Source: Abditibacterium sp.
GTDB taxonomy: Bacteria > Armatimonadota > Abditibacteriia > Abditibacteriales > Abditibacteriaceae
Reading direction: 5' to 3'
Length of the DNA: 64,000 nucleotides
Assembly: GCA_965246885.1 (NCBI GenBank)
Contig: OZ251992.1
Location: 672,001-736,000, forward strand
Part shown: positions 1-9,200 of the stretch, one piece after another
Layout: each line of letters opens with the position of its first letter
Numbering within the stretch: position 1 is the first letter of the stretch
The notes under the pieces: generated by a model
What the model was told of the DNA's origin: nothing
Databases searched by the model: none
The model's input: the letters and a program-made list of their open reading frames with translations, nothing else
Made by a program: the position numbers and the translations under genes

Positions 1-624
1 GCCCGCGATGCGCTCGCTGTAGCTCATTTCGGGAACCCCCGAAGCGCGCGAGTCGCCGATATAAGCGATGCGGCGATGCCCTAAAGAGATGAGGTGGCGC
101 GTCGTGGCGGCGATGCCCCCCCGATCATCCGGCAAAACCGCGTTCTCGTTCGGCCCGGCGTCCCCCACCCGAATTATCGGGATGGACAAAGGCTGCAAAC
201 GCAATAACTCGTTCCCATCGATTCGATAAAGACAAATGGCGCCATCGACGCCTTCCTGCGTTAAAAGGCGCGGCAGCGTTTGGGGCGGCGATAGACAAAT
301 CGAAAGCTCCGTGTTCATCAGGAGGGCGCCTGCTTTGAGGCCCGCCAACAGTTCACGGAAAAACGGCACGTCTTCCAGCGCCACGCCCTCAAAATAGTCG
401 CCCATCAGAATGGCCACTGTGCCCAACTGGGCGCGTTTGCCATACCGCTTGGCGATCATCGAGCGAGCCGCACCGTTGGAGAAAGCATCGTAGCCCATCG
501 ATTGCGCCATCTCCATGATGCGCAGCCGGGTATCATCGGCCACACGCAGATCGCCACGCAATGCGTGAGCCACCAGCGAACGGTCAATGCCAAGGGCTAA
601 AGCGATGTCTTTCTGTCTCACCAT
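1..624 (-). CDS. LacI-family transcriptional regulator (3' end outside window)
   Basis: Manual translation from ATG at 624: MVRQKDIALALGIDRSLVAHALRG (LacI HTH) ... VLPDDRGGIAATTRHLISLGHRRIAYIG (sugar-binding domain motif). Absent from ORF track because it is truncated. Confidence 0.9.
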   Translation of the reverse strand, partial: MVRQKDIALALGIDRSLVAHALRGDLRVADDTRLRIMEMAQSMGYDAFSNGAARSMIAKRYGKRAQLGTVAILMGDYFEGVALEDVPFFRELLAGLKAGALLMNTELSICLSPPQTLPRLLTQEGVDGAICLYRIDGNELLRLQPLSIPIIRVGDAGPNENAVLPDDRGGIAATTRHLISLGHRRIAYIGDSRASGVPEMSYSERIAG

Positions 625-895
625 AGAAGTTTCGAGCGGCTTTTCACTCGAGTGAAGTTAATATACCCATTTTCTCCCCTTTTTAAACAGGTTGGAGGAA
701 GTTTTTTAGAAACGAATCGAACGGGCGCCGTTTTCGTTAGCGGGTATGGTCTTTCTCTCTGGGGGCAGCGCGACCTTGTGTTTCGAGCGGTAGCCCCGGC
801 GCGGACAAACCCAGTGTGCCGTCCGTGCTTTTCTAAGCGCGCTCCCTCTCATAGCACCGTCCGCGCCGCCAGAACCTCCCCGCGCACAATGGCGG

Positions 896-1067
896 ACGTC
901 CCCCACGCGACGGCGGGAGGAAATCACGGCGCGCGGGGAGGTATTATTCCCGTGCGGGGAGGAATTTACGGCGTGCGGGGAGGTAATCATGGGACGCGGG
1001 GAGGTATTCTTCCCATGATTTCCTCCCCACACGGGATTATTTCCTCCCCGCGTCGCGTGGGGGACGT
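896..1067. repeat. 21-bp-period tandem array flanked by perfect 17-bp inverted repeats
   Basis: ACGTCCCCCACGCGACG (896-912) is the reverse complement of 1051-1067. Internal (C)GGGGAGG cores recur at ~914, 934, 955, 976, 997, then inverted CCTCCCC cores at 1022 and 1043. Confidence 0.9.
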
Positions 1068-1114
1068 TTCTTTTTTGGCCGCCGCGCGCGCTTGGCTTTA
1101 AACTGCCCTCCGTC

Positions 1115-1522
1115 GTGCCATCGCCGTCCTCTCCGCTTGCGCGGCACGCCCCCGTCTGGCCCGCCGCGTCGTACCTGATGGGCGCGGCGCTGGCGGCATC
1201 TCGCCTGCTGCCGCTCCCACAAGGCGGGCTGATTGCCCGTATTCCGCCGGTGTGCCCGTTCTTCATCCTCACGGGCCTTCCGTGTCCCGGCTGTGGGCTG
1301 ACGCGCTCGTGGGTGTGTCTGGCGCACGGACACGGGGTGGAAGCGCTGCGTTACCATCCGCTTGGGCCGCTTTTGTTTGGGGCGGCAGGGTTGTATGTGG
1401 TGGGAACCCTCCTCGGTTGGAAGATGGCGCTTCCCAAGTGGGCGGTGCCGACGCTCGGCGCACTACTCCTTGCGTGTTGGGCGCTGCGTTTGAGCGGCGT
1501 GTGGCCCCTCCCGATGGGCTGA
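1115..1522 (+). CDS. DUF2752 membrane protein
   Basis: CPFFILTGLPCPGCGLTRS...YHPLG motif plus hydrophobic helices. Confidence 0.85.
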   Translation: MPSPSSPLARHAPVWPAASYLMGAALAASRLLPLPQGGLIARIPPVCPFFILTGLPCPGCGLTRSWVCLAHGHGVEALRYHPLGPLLFGAAGLYVVGTLLGWKMALPKWAVPTLGALLLACWALRLSGVWPLPMG

Positions 1523-1542
1523 GCGACACCCCTTCTGCTGTC

Positions 1543-2073
1543 ATGTCCAATTTTTCCTTCTTCTGGAGCCAACTCGAAAACCGCGCGCCCGAACTTACGC
1601 CCGCAAAGGCCGCCAGCCCCGATCTGTCGCGCCAAATTTCAAGCGCCGATTTGTTCGGCGGGAAGTCCGGCGCGATGGTGGATTGCTGCCGCGCCGGACT
1701 TTTGCTGCTCAACGACGACTTGGAAGCGGCGCACCCGCTCATTCAAGATTTGCCCGACCAAACCGCCGCTTTTTGGCACGCCATCTTGCACCGGCGCGAG
1801 GGCGATTACGCCAACGCCCGCTACTGGTGGCACCAAACCGGTGAACATCCCGCCTTTGAGCCGATCTACGACCTCGTGTTGCACCGCGTTCCTGACTTCC
1901 GGTTGCTCGATGAGTTGCGGGCCACAGGCGTTTGGCTGCCGTTAGAGTTCAACGCCGCGTGCGAGAAGTTCGCCCATGACGGGCGCTTTGAGTCCGAACT
2001 GCGCGCCACGCAACGTTTGGAAATGCGCGGCCTCTTGGAATGGTGCGCCGCGAGGGTTCGTGCGGGAGCGTGA
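1543..2073 (+). CDS. Conserved hypothetical protein
   Basis: ATG 1543; LEAAHPLIQD...FWHAILHRREGDYANARYWW resembles a widespread uncharacterised family. Confidence 0.75.
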   Translation: MSNFSFFWSQLENRAPELTPAKAASPDLSRQISSADLFGGKSGAMVDCCRAGLLLLNDDLEAAHPLIQDLPDQTAAFWHAILHRREGDYANARYWWHQTGEHPAFEPIYDLVLHRVPDFRLLDELRATGVWLPLEFNAACEKFAHDGRFESELRATQRLEMRGLLEWCAARVRAGA

Positions 2074-2110
2074 GAAGGTGCGCCGCGTCCTGACCACACA
2101 CTAAAGCCTT

Positions 2111-3043
2111 ATGGATACCCAAAAGATAGACGTTGAGTTTCTCAAGACGATGCCGCTTCCGGCGTGGGGAGACGAGGCGAGCAAGGCCGAGCGCGGCAAG
2201 TTGCTGCTCGTGTGCGGCTCGAAACGTTTGCCGGGCACGGCGCTCTTAGTGGCGCGCGCGGCGCTACGGGCCGGATGCGGAACGGTGCGCGTGGCGATGC
2301 CGGAATCGCTCGCCCTTGCGGTGGGGGTGGCGCTCCCGGAACTGCTGGTGGTGGGGTTGCCCGAAACCAAAACCGGCACGCTCGCCAAGGACGCTGTCGA
2401 GGGCGTGGCGAACGAGTGCCGCGCGTGCGATGCGCTTGTCGTGGGGCCGGGAACGGGCGGGGGAACCGAAACCGATGGGGCACTACGCGAGATAGTCGAA
2501 GCCGCGCCGCTTCCGTGCGTGGTGGATGCCGAGGCGCTATCGGCTTTGGGCGAGGATTTCTCCTTTGCGGGCATTAAAGCGGCGCGCGTGTTGACGCCGC
2601 ACCCGAAGGAGTTCGAGACGCTCGCCAACATCTCGCTGGACGGCGCCGACGACGACAAACGGGCGAAAATCGCCGCCGATTATGCGCGCGCCCACAAAGT
2701 TACGCTGGTTCTCAAGGGGCGCGTGACGCTTATCGCTGCGCCGGACGGCGCAGTCTACTGCAACGAGGCGGGCAGTCGGGCACTGGGCACGGCGGGTTCG
2801 GGAGACGTGCTCGCGGGCATCATCGGAGCGTTGCTCGCGCAGGGTTTGGAAGCGACGCGCGCCGCGATTTGGGGGGTTCACTTGCACGCTTTGGCGGGCG
2901 AAGCGGTCGCCAAGGATTTGGGCGACGACGGCGTGCTGGCCAGCGACTTCGTGTCGCAGTTGCCCTTGGTGCAGAGGTTTCTGCGCCGCTCAACCGAAGC
3001 CCCGACCGGGGGCGCGAAGAAGGGCTTCGGCTTGCGTGGGTGA
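2111..3043 (+). CDS. nnrD: ADP-dependent NAD(P)H-hydrate dehydratase (stand-alone YjeF C-terminal domain)
   Basis: VVGPG, VVDAEAL, VLTPHPKEF, LVLKG, LGTAGSGDVLAG motifs. Confidence 0.9.
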   Translation: MDTQKIDVEFLKTMPLPAWGDEASKAERGKLLLVCGSKRLPGTALLVARAALRAGCGTVRVAMPESLALAVGVALPELLVVGLPETKTGTLAKDAVEGVANECRACDALVVGPGTGGGTETDGALREIVEAAPLPCVVDAEALSALGEDFSFAGIKAARVLTPHPKEFETLANISLDGADDDKRAKIAADYARAHKVTLVLKGRVTLIAAPDGAVYCNEAGSRALGTAGSGDVLAGIIGALLAQGLEATRAAIWGVHLHALAGEAVAKDLGDDGVLASDFVSQLPLVQRFLRRSTEAPTGGAKKGFGLRG

Positions 3044-3060
3044 GTGTTGCTCACCACGAA

Positions 3061-6000
3061 TTAGTTCACCTTCACTACAAAGGTCACGGTGCCGCGCGCG
3101 CCTGCGCCGAGCGTGCCTGCGAACGTCCACGAAACGGCGCCGGTTCCCCCGATGGAGGGCGCGGCGACGGTGCATCCGGTCAGGGACGCGGGAAGCGGCG
3201 TAACGTAGCTGGCCGATTGGAACGTGGTGAAGGCGGGGGTGACGTCGTTGACGACGAGTTGCGAGACGGGCGCGTTGCCGGTGTTGGCGTAGACGATGGT
3301 GTAGGTGAGCAGGTCGCCCGATTTGGCGGTGGTCTTGTCCACCGACTTGACGAGGCTCACGCCGCTTTGCGGGCCGACAGTTGTTAAGTCGGTGCGGGTC
3401 AGGGATTGGGCCGGGAGTTGCGCGTTGGTGCCGCCCTTGGCCGGGGTGAAGCTGGCGGACAGGGTGATGTTGTCCGTCGAGCCATCGGGGGCGTTTTGGG
3501 GGACATAATTGACGACGATGAGGCTGACTTTGGCGCCCGCGACGGTGTTGACGGGAGTGGTCGGGAAGATTTCGCCTTCGCCCGCGTCAATGATGCCGTT
3601 GCCATTGGTATCGAGGTAGAGCGCGACCGACCAACCGGGCGCGGGTGTGCCCACTTGAGCGACCGAGAAGAAGGCGGTGCCGGTTGTGTTGGCGGTGAAG
3701 AGGTGCGGGTAGGTCACGCTGCCGCCGCGTATACCAACCTTGGCGCCGTCGGTGTCGAGGGTGGCAGCGCGGATGTCGCCGAAGTTGGCGCCCGTGAGCG
3801 TGGCGGGCGTGCCAGTGAAGGGGAACGCGAGCGTATCGGTGGCGATGGTGTAGGTGCCGCCGGTATTGCCCGCGTCCGCGCCACTGGAAAGGTAGGCGGT
3901 GGCGTTGGTTTCGACCACGCTGAGCGTGTGGCCTTTGCTGGACTGAGGCAAAGCGAAGGAGTAGGTGCCGTCGCCCGCCGAAACGGTAGTGGCCAAGGTG
4001 GTGGCGCCGTCTTTAAGCGTCAGGGTGACGCCGCCGATGGGCGGCTCGGTTCCGTTGCGGATGCCGTCGTTGGCGACTCCGCCACTGCCCGCCCCGTTGT
4101 CTTCAAACACCACGCCCGACAAGGTACCCGCGATGGACACGTCGTCGGCGGTGTTGGCGGGTAGGGTGCCATTGTAGTTGGAGCCGGGAACGAGGGCGCC
4201 GGATGTATAAGTGCCGCCGGGCGACACGACGGTGGTATTGGTGGTGCGTTGCGGGTCGGAAAAGAACGCCTGCGCCGAGTTATTGTAGAGGCCAACGGGC
4301 GCGGAGTTGATCTTCACCGTGAAGGACAGCTTGAGACTGGCACCGGGGCCGATGTCGTACGAGGTGGTCGGGTCAGCGCCGGGCGACCCCCACACGGGAG
4401 TGGTGGTGCTGGAACTGGACGCAAGGGTGGCGGGGCCGGAGGAGTCAATGACGAAGGTAGCCGTTGCGGTGGTGCCGATGTCGGCGGAGAAGGGGGTGGG
4501 CAGGGCGTCGCTGACAAACACGCCTGCCGCGCCGCCCGCGCCGGTGTTGGAAACGGTGATGGTGTAGGAGGCGGTGGTGCCACCCGGCGCGATGGTGGGG
4601 GTGGAGGTGGTTTTGGTGACGACGAGGTTGGTGCCGCACGAATCGGAGTAATCGAAGAGGTTGTTGCCGTCGCTGGCGGACAGGGTTTTGGAAAGGCCCG
4701 CGCTGCCGGGCGTCGTGCCGTGATTGGCTCCGGCGCCATCGGCAGTTTTGCCTGCTGGCCCGCCCGCAGTGTTGGTGGTGACCGAAACGTTGTTGCTGTA
4801 CAGCACCGTGCCGCCGCCTCCGCCGCCGCCCGGCCCGTGCCAAGTGGTGCCGCCGCCGCCGCCCGAACTTGGATCAGCGGGGTCGTTGGCGGTGTTGCCG
4901 CCCGATCCGCCCGAAGCGTTAACGGAAATGGAAGCGCTGGAGGGGTTCTTTGAAATCAAAATGACGGTGCCACCCGCGCCGCCTCCGCCCGCGCCGTCGG
5001 GGTTCGGGCCTTGAGCGCCCCGGTCGCCCGCATCGCCGCGCGCATCGAAAGCAGTCGTGCCCACGAACTTTCCGGCGCGAATGAGGATGACGCCGCCGCC
5101 CACGCCGCCGCGCACGCCGGTCAGGGCGTCGTTGGCATCGCCGCCGCCGCCGCCGCCGCCCATGAACATGCGGTCAACGAAGGGGGCAGCCCCATTGACA
5201 AGCGCCGCCCCGCCACTGCCGCACGCGCGCGCTACTTGGCGGGTGCCGCCGCCGGAATTGGCGACCGTATCGTAAACCGTTCCGGTTTGTTTAGCTTGGC
5301 CCTCCCAAGGGTAGCCGCCGCGTCCGCCCGCGCCAGAGTTGGCGCCGCCGCCCCCGCCTGCGTTGTGCGCGTTGCCGCCGCCGCCCGCATTGGCCGGGGC
5401 GCCGCGCCCGCCGTCGCCGCCGGGATAGCCTTCGACGCCGTTGTCAACGGCGGTGCCCTCGTCCCACACATAGCGCGGTCGGCCCGCGATGCCTTCGCCC
5501 TTGCCCGCGCCGTTGCGGGGGGTTGTCGAGACGGTGTAGACCTCGTTGGAGTTGGAGTTCACCGCTTGGTTGACGGGCGCGAAGCCGCCGCGAAAGCCGG
5601 TCTGATAAACGCTCGCGGCGGTGGGCGTCGAAAAGGTCAAGGTGCCCGCGACGTCCACCACAAGGATGCCGCCCGTCGTGCCGTTGAACTTGATGGGCGT
5701 GAGCGGGCTGGTGAGGGTCATCGAAGAGTATTGTGGCACGCGCACGACTTGGAAGGTGCGGCGCGGCGAGCCGGACAAGTCGAAGACGTACGAGAAGCGC
5801 ACGCCGCCGCCCGGCCCGTCGCCCGCCACGCCCACAAAACCAGTGGGGGAGATGGGCGAAGTAACGCGCACGAACTCGTAGTAACCGGCGGAGTTGAGGC
5901 TGGTGTAGCCCGACGGGTAAGTTTGCGCGGTGCCCGACCCGTAGTTGTCGGTGTTGCTGGAGTCAATCGAGGCGCCCTGCATTTGCCACAAGAGGAGCAA

Positions 6001-6285
6001 GTCGCCGGGTTGGACGAGGTTGGGCGCGCCGGTGCGGGAACTGATGTTGAGGACGAGCGAGTGATCGCCCACGCTGGCCGACTGCGCCGACGCGATGTAG
6101 GTGTTTACCACGCCCCCGGCTGGGCCAACGCCATCCTTGCCGGGGGTGCCGCACACGGCGTGCGCCGCCCGCCCGCCCAGTAGGGTGCTGGCGAAGAAGC
6201 AAAAGAAAAAGAAGAAACGCTTCACGAGAGTGGAGAGGTCGGCTTTGCGTCCGACGAAATGGCCGTAGGAGAAAGAGAGAATCAT
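3061..6285 (-). CDS. Secreted glycine-rich adhesin-like protein with DUF11 and SdrD-B-like domains
   Basis: Signal-peptide-like N-terminus, GGGGG-rich block, DUF11 repeats (LVVTKT..YTITVSNTG; LVKSVDK..GDLLTYTIVYANTG), GVVFEDNG/DGIRNGTEPPIGGV. Start may be GTG near 6225. Confidence 0.8.
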   Translation of the reverse strand: MILSFSYGHFVGRKADLSTLVKRFFFFFCFFASTLLGGRAAHAVCGTPGKDGVGPAGGVVNTYIASAQSASVGDHSLVLNISSRTGAPNLVQPGDLLLLWQMQGASIDSSNTDNYGSGTAQTYPSGYTSLNSAGYYEFVRVTSPISPTGFVGVAGDGPGGGVRFSYVFDLSGSPRRTFQVVRVPQYSSMTLTSPLTPIKFNGTTGGILVVDVAGTLTFSTPTAASVYQTGFRGGFAPVNQAVNSNSNEVYTVSTTPRNGAGKGEGIAGRPRYVWDEGTAVDNGVEGYPGGDGGRGAPANAGGGGNAHNAGGGGGANSGAGGRGGYPWEGQAKQTGTVYDTVANSGGGTRQVARACGSGGAALVNGAAPFVDRMFMGGGGGGGDANDALTGVRGGVGGGVILIRAGKFVGTTAFDARGDAGDRGAQGPNPDGAGGGGAGGTVILISKNPSSASISVNASGGSGGNTANDPADPSSGGGGGTTWHGPGGGGGGGTVLYSNNVSVTTNTAGGPAGKTADGAGANHGTTPGSAGLSKTLSASDGNNLFDYSDSCGTNLVVTKTTSTPTIAPGGTTASYTITVSNTGAGGAAGVFVSDALPTPFSADIGTTATATFVIDSSGPATLASSSSTTTPVWGSPGADPTTSYDIGPGASLKLSFTVKINSAPVGLYNNSAQAFFSDPQRTTNTTVVSPGGTYTSGALVPGSNYNGTLPANTADDVSIAGTLSGVVFEDNGAGSGGVANDGIRNGTEPPIGGVTLTLKDGATTLATTVSAGDGTYSFALPQSSKGHTLSVVETNATAYLSSGADAGNTGGTYTIATDTLAFPFTGTPATLTGANFGDIRAATLDTDGAKVGIRGGSVTYPHLFTANTTGTAFFSVAQVGTPAPGWSVALYLDTNGNGIIDAGEGEIFPTTPVNTVAGAKVSLIVVNYVPQNAPDGSTDNITLSASFTPAKGGTNAQLPAQSLTRTDLTTVGPQSGVSLVKSVDKTTAKSGDLLTYTIVYANTGNAPVSQLVVNDVTPAFTTFQSASYVTPLPASLTGCTVAAPSIGGTGAVSWTFAGTLGAGARGTVTFVVKVN

Positions 6286-9200
6286 TTAGTTGCCCAACCT
6301 CGGTGCGGAATACGTCCCGGCGGTTCCGGTTAAGCCGTCGAGGGCGGCGGTGGTGCCGCCGTCAAAGGTGACGCCGCCACCGTAGCCGCCGTTCTCGACG
6401 GGCACGAACGGTTTGGCGCGCGAGACTTCGGGCGCTTTGTTGAAGGCGCCGATGCCGTTAAACAAGTCCTCGTCGAACTTCCACCGGAAGCGTAAGTAAA
6501 AGCCTCTGGCGAGGGTTTGATCGAGCAAGTCGCGCTCGGTGAGGTTCTCGAAGTTGTAGCCAAGAGAAAGCAGTAAGTCGCTGGTAAGGGCGTAGGAGCC
6601 TTCGAGACCAAAGGCGGTTTGTCGCCCACCGGGGCTGCTCCACAGGCTCGACGCGAGAAGCGAGGCCGAGGTGCGGCGTCCGAAGTCGCGCGTCAGGCGG
6701 CCCGAAATGAGGTAGGCGCTCGTGCCCGTGTTGAACGCGTCGCGGTCGGTGGCACGCTTGGCGGCGAGGTGCAACTGCGCGAGAAGCGAGCGCGAAGTGC
6801 CGTAGTTGACGTCGCCCGACAGGATATGCACGATGCGCCGCAAGCGGGCCGCGAGCGCGTCGGGGTCGTCGCCGCCGCGATACTCGTATTTGGCGAGGGC
6901 GTTCCATCGGTCGTTACGCGAAGGCCGGTAGGCGGCGCCGAACTGGAAGCGCGTCTGCTGGCGGTTCGAGCTACCCAACAGCACACTGCCCGCGCCGGAG
7001 CCGGTCTGCGAGTAGGCGCCGCGCCCCAAGAAGGTGAGGTCGCGCGAGGGGGCGTAGGCAAAGCCCGCGTTGAGTAGAGTCGAGGTGGAGCCACTCCCAC
7101 TGCGCCGCTCGGCGCGCGCCGTCCACTTCAGGGCGTCCTCGCGCAGGTTCTCCAAGGCGATGGAAACGGCGGTGCCGTCCGTTCCCGTATTGACGGTCTG
7201 TCCAACGCCCACCGCAAGCGCGGCCAAACGCTTGGTGCTTTCGAAGGAGGTGTTGACGCCAATGCCGCCGCCCAAGTTCCACGTGTTGCGCAGGCCAAGG
7301 GCGGCTTCGGCTTGGCGCCCGTCTATGCCGCCGTTGATGCGGTATTCCGAGAACAAGCTGGCGCCGCGCGCGTATTGGGTCTCTATGCCGACGCGGGAGT
7401 TGTAGCGGCGCTCGGTGTCGCCCAGAGCATATAAGGAAAGGGGCGATTGGAAGAACTCGTGGGTCGCGTAGAGCTTGGTGCGGGCCGCGAGTTGGTAGTC
7501 GCCGCCAACGGCAAGCGACTTGGCGCCGCCGTGCAAGGTCTGCTCGGCACGCACAAAGACGCCCGCTTTGGGGGCGCCCGGCACGCGGGCGTTCAAGCGG
7601 GCGAAAACGCTCGTGAAGTTCACATTGTTCGTGCCCACCCCGCCCGCGACGGCGCCCTGATCGCCTTTGCCAGTGCGCACGCCCGCCGCCAAGCGCACGT
7701 CTTGCCCCAGCCCCTGCTCGATAGACAGTTGCGCGCCCGTCGTGCGGGTCTTGGTGGTTAAATCCTTGGTGGCGATGGCCTCGCCTGACAGAGCGGTGTC
7801 CCGCCCGACGCGCAGGCTGGCGCGCACGCCCGCTTCGCCGCGCCCGTTCGACAAGACCGATTCCGCATTGGAAAAGCCGGTCGTGGCTTGGCCGACAAAA
7901 GCGCGCACTTGCAAGTTCTTCCCGTCGTGGCGCAGTTCCGCGCGCGCTGCGCTTCCACTGCGGGGAACGGCGGCGCCCGCGCCGCCGGGGTTCAAGGTGC
8001 CGCCGCTCGTGTGCGCGACTTCGCCGATGATGACGGTGTTTTTGTCCAAGCGCAACGCGGCGTTGGCGCCGTAGAGGTCGCCGCCGTTGTCGGGGTTGTT
8101 GTCGCGCACGAACGAGGCGCCGACTTGCAAGTTGCCGCTGATTTTTCCCTGCAACAAGCCGCCGTAGACGGAGTGTTTGGGGCCGCCCGCGTCCACGTCA
8201 TAGGTAACGCGGATAAAAACGGGGTTGTCGTTTTCGTCGAACGAGGGGACGGGCGCGCGGAACAGGAGGCCAGTCACGAAGCCGTCGAGGGTGTAGTCGG
8301 AGAAACGGGCCTGTTCGCGGATGCTCAGGGTCACGCCGGGGTTGTTGCGGTCGCGGGTGATGATCTCGACGCGCTCGGACTGGGCGCGAATGGCGGGGTC
8401 ATTGAGGGAGTAAGGCCCACTGGTGCCGTTGCCGCGAAACTCGACGACGCGCCGACTGGTGCTTTCGTTGGCGAAGAAGGTTGTGGCCGAAACGGACTTG
8501 TTCTCGACGTGCCCTTGCACGCCGGTAAAAGCGCGCGAGTAGCGCGACAGCGAGTTGGCGTCGCTGGATGCGCCTGAGCGCGCGGCGAAGCTGGAAAAGT
8601 CGCCGTAAAGGGCGAAGGAGTTGTCCTTGTCCACGCGCACGTAAAGCGCACTCGTGCTTTGGGCGTCGAAGCCTTTCAAGCTGGAATCGCCGTAGACGGG
8701 GTAAAACTCGTCCGGCTGAATATCGCGGAACAGGCGCTTTTCTTCGTCGCTTTGGGAGTCGTAGCGCACGGACAACAGATACTTGCCCGCGACCGAACCC
8801 TTGAGGTAGACGGCGCCGCGCGTGCCGATGTTGTGGCTGCCGATGCGGTTGAGCGTGCGCTCGAAAGCGCTCGTAGCGATGCCGCCGCCCTTGTTGCCAA
8901 AGCCGATCTGCGTTTCGAGGATGCCCGCCGCGAGGACAGGGCGCAGGAACGGGGTGAAAGCGATTTCGCCCTCGGACTGAATCAGCCCCGCCGACACGCG
9001 CACGACGGCGCGCGCGGGCACGTCGGGCGGCAGCAGTTGGAAGGTGGCTTGGCCGCCTTCGATGGCGACTTGCACGCCCGGTTCGTTCGGGTTGAGGTCG
9101 GGCACGTTCCAGCGCCCGGCGGTGGTTTCGAGGGTAACAAAAGTGCGGGCGCTCACCTTGTTGCCGTTGGCGTCGAATATCTTCACGCCGACGATAACGG

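Noticed and set aside
896..1067. Possible CRISPR array
   Set aside because: The period is only 21 nt with an ~8-nt core, there is no repeat-spacer structure, and no cas genes are in the window.
652..1101. 149-aa ORF with RGG heptad repeats
   Set aside because: It is the translation of the 21-bp DNA array, which flips orientation mid-ORF; more likely non-coding.
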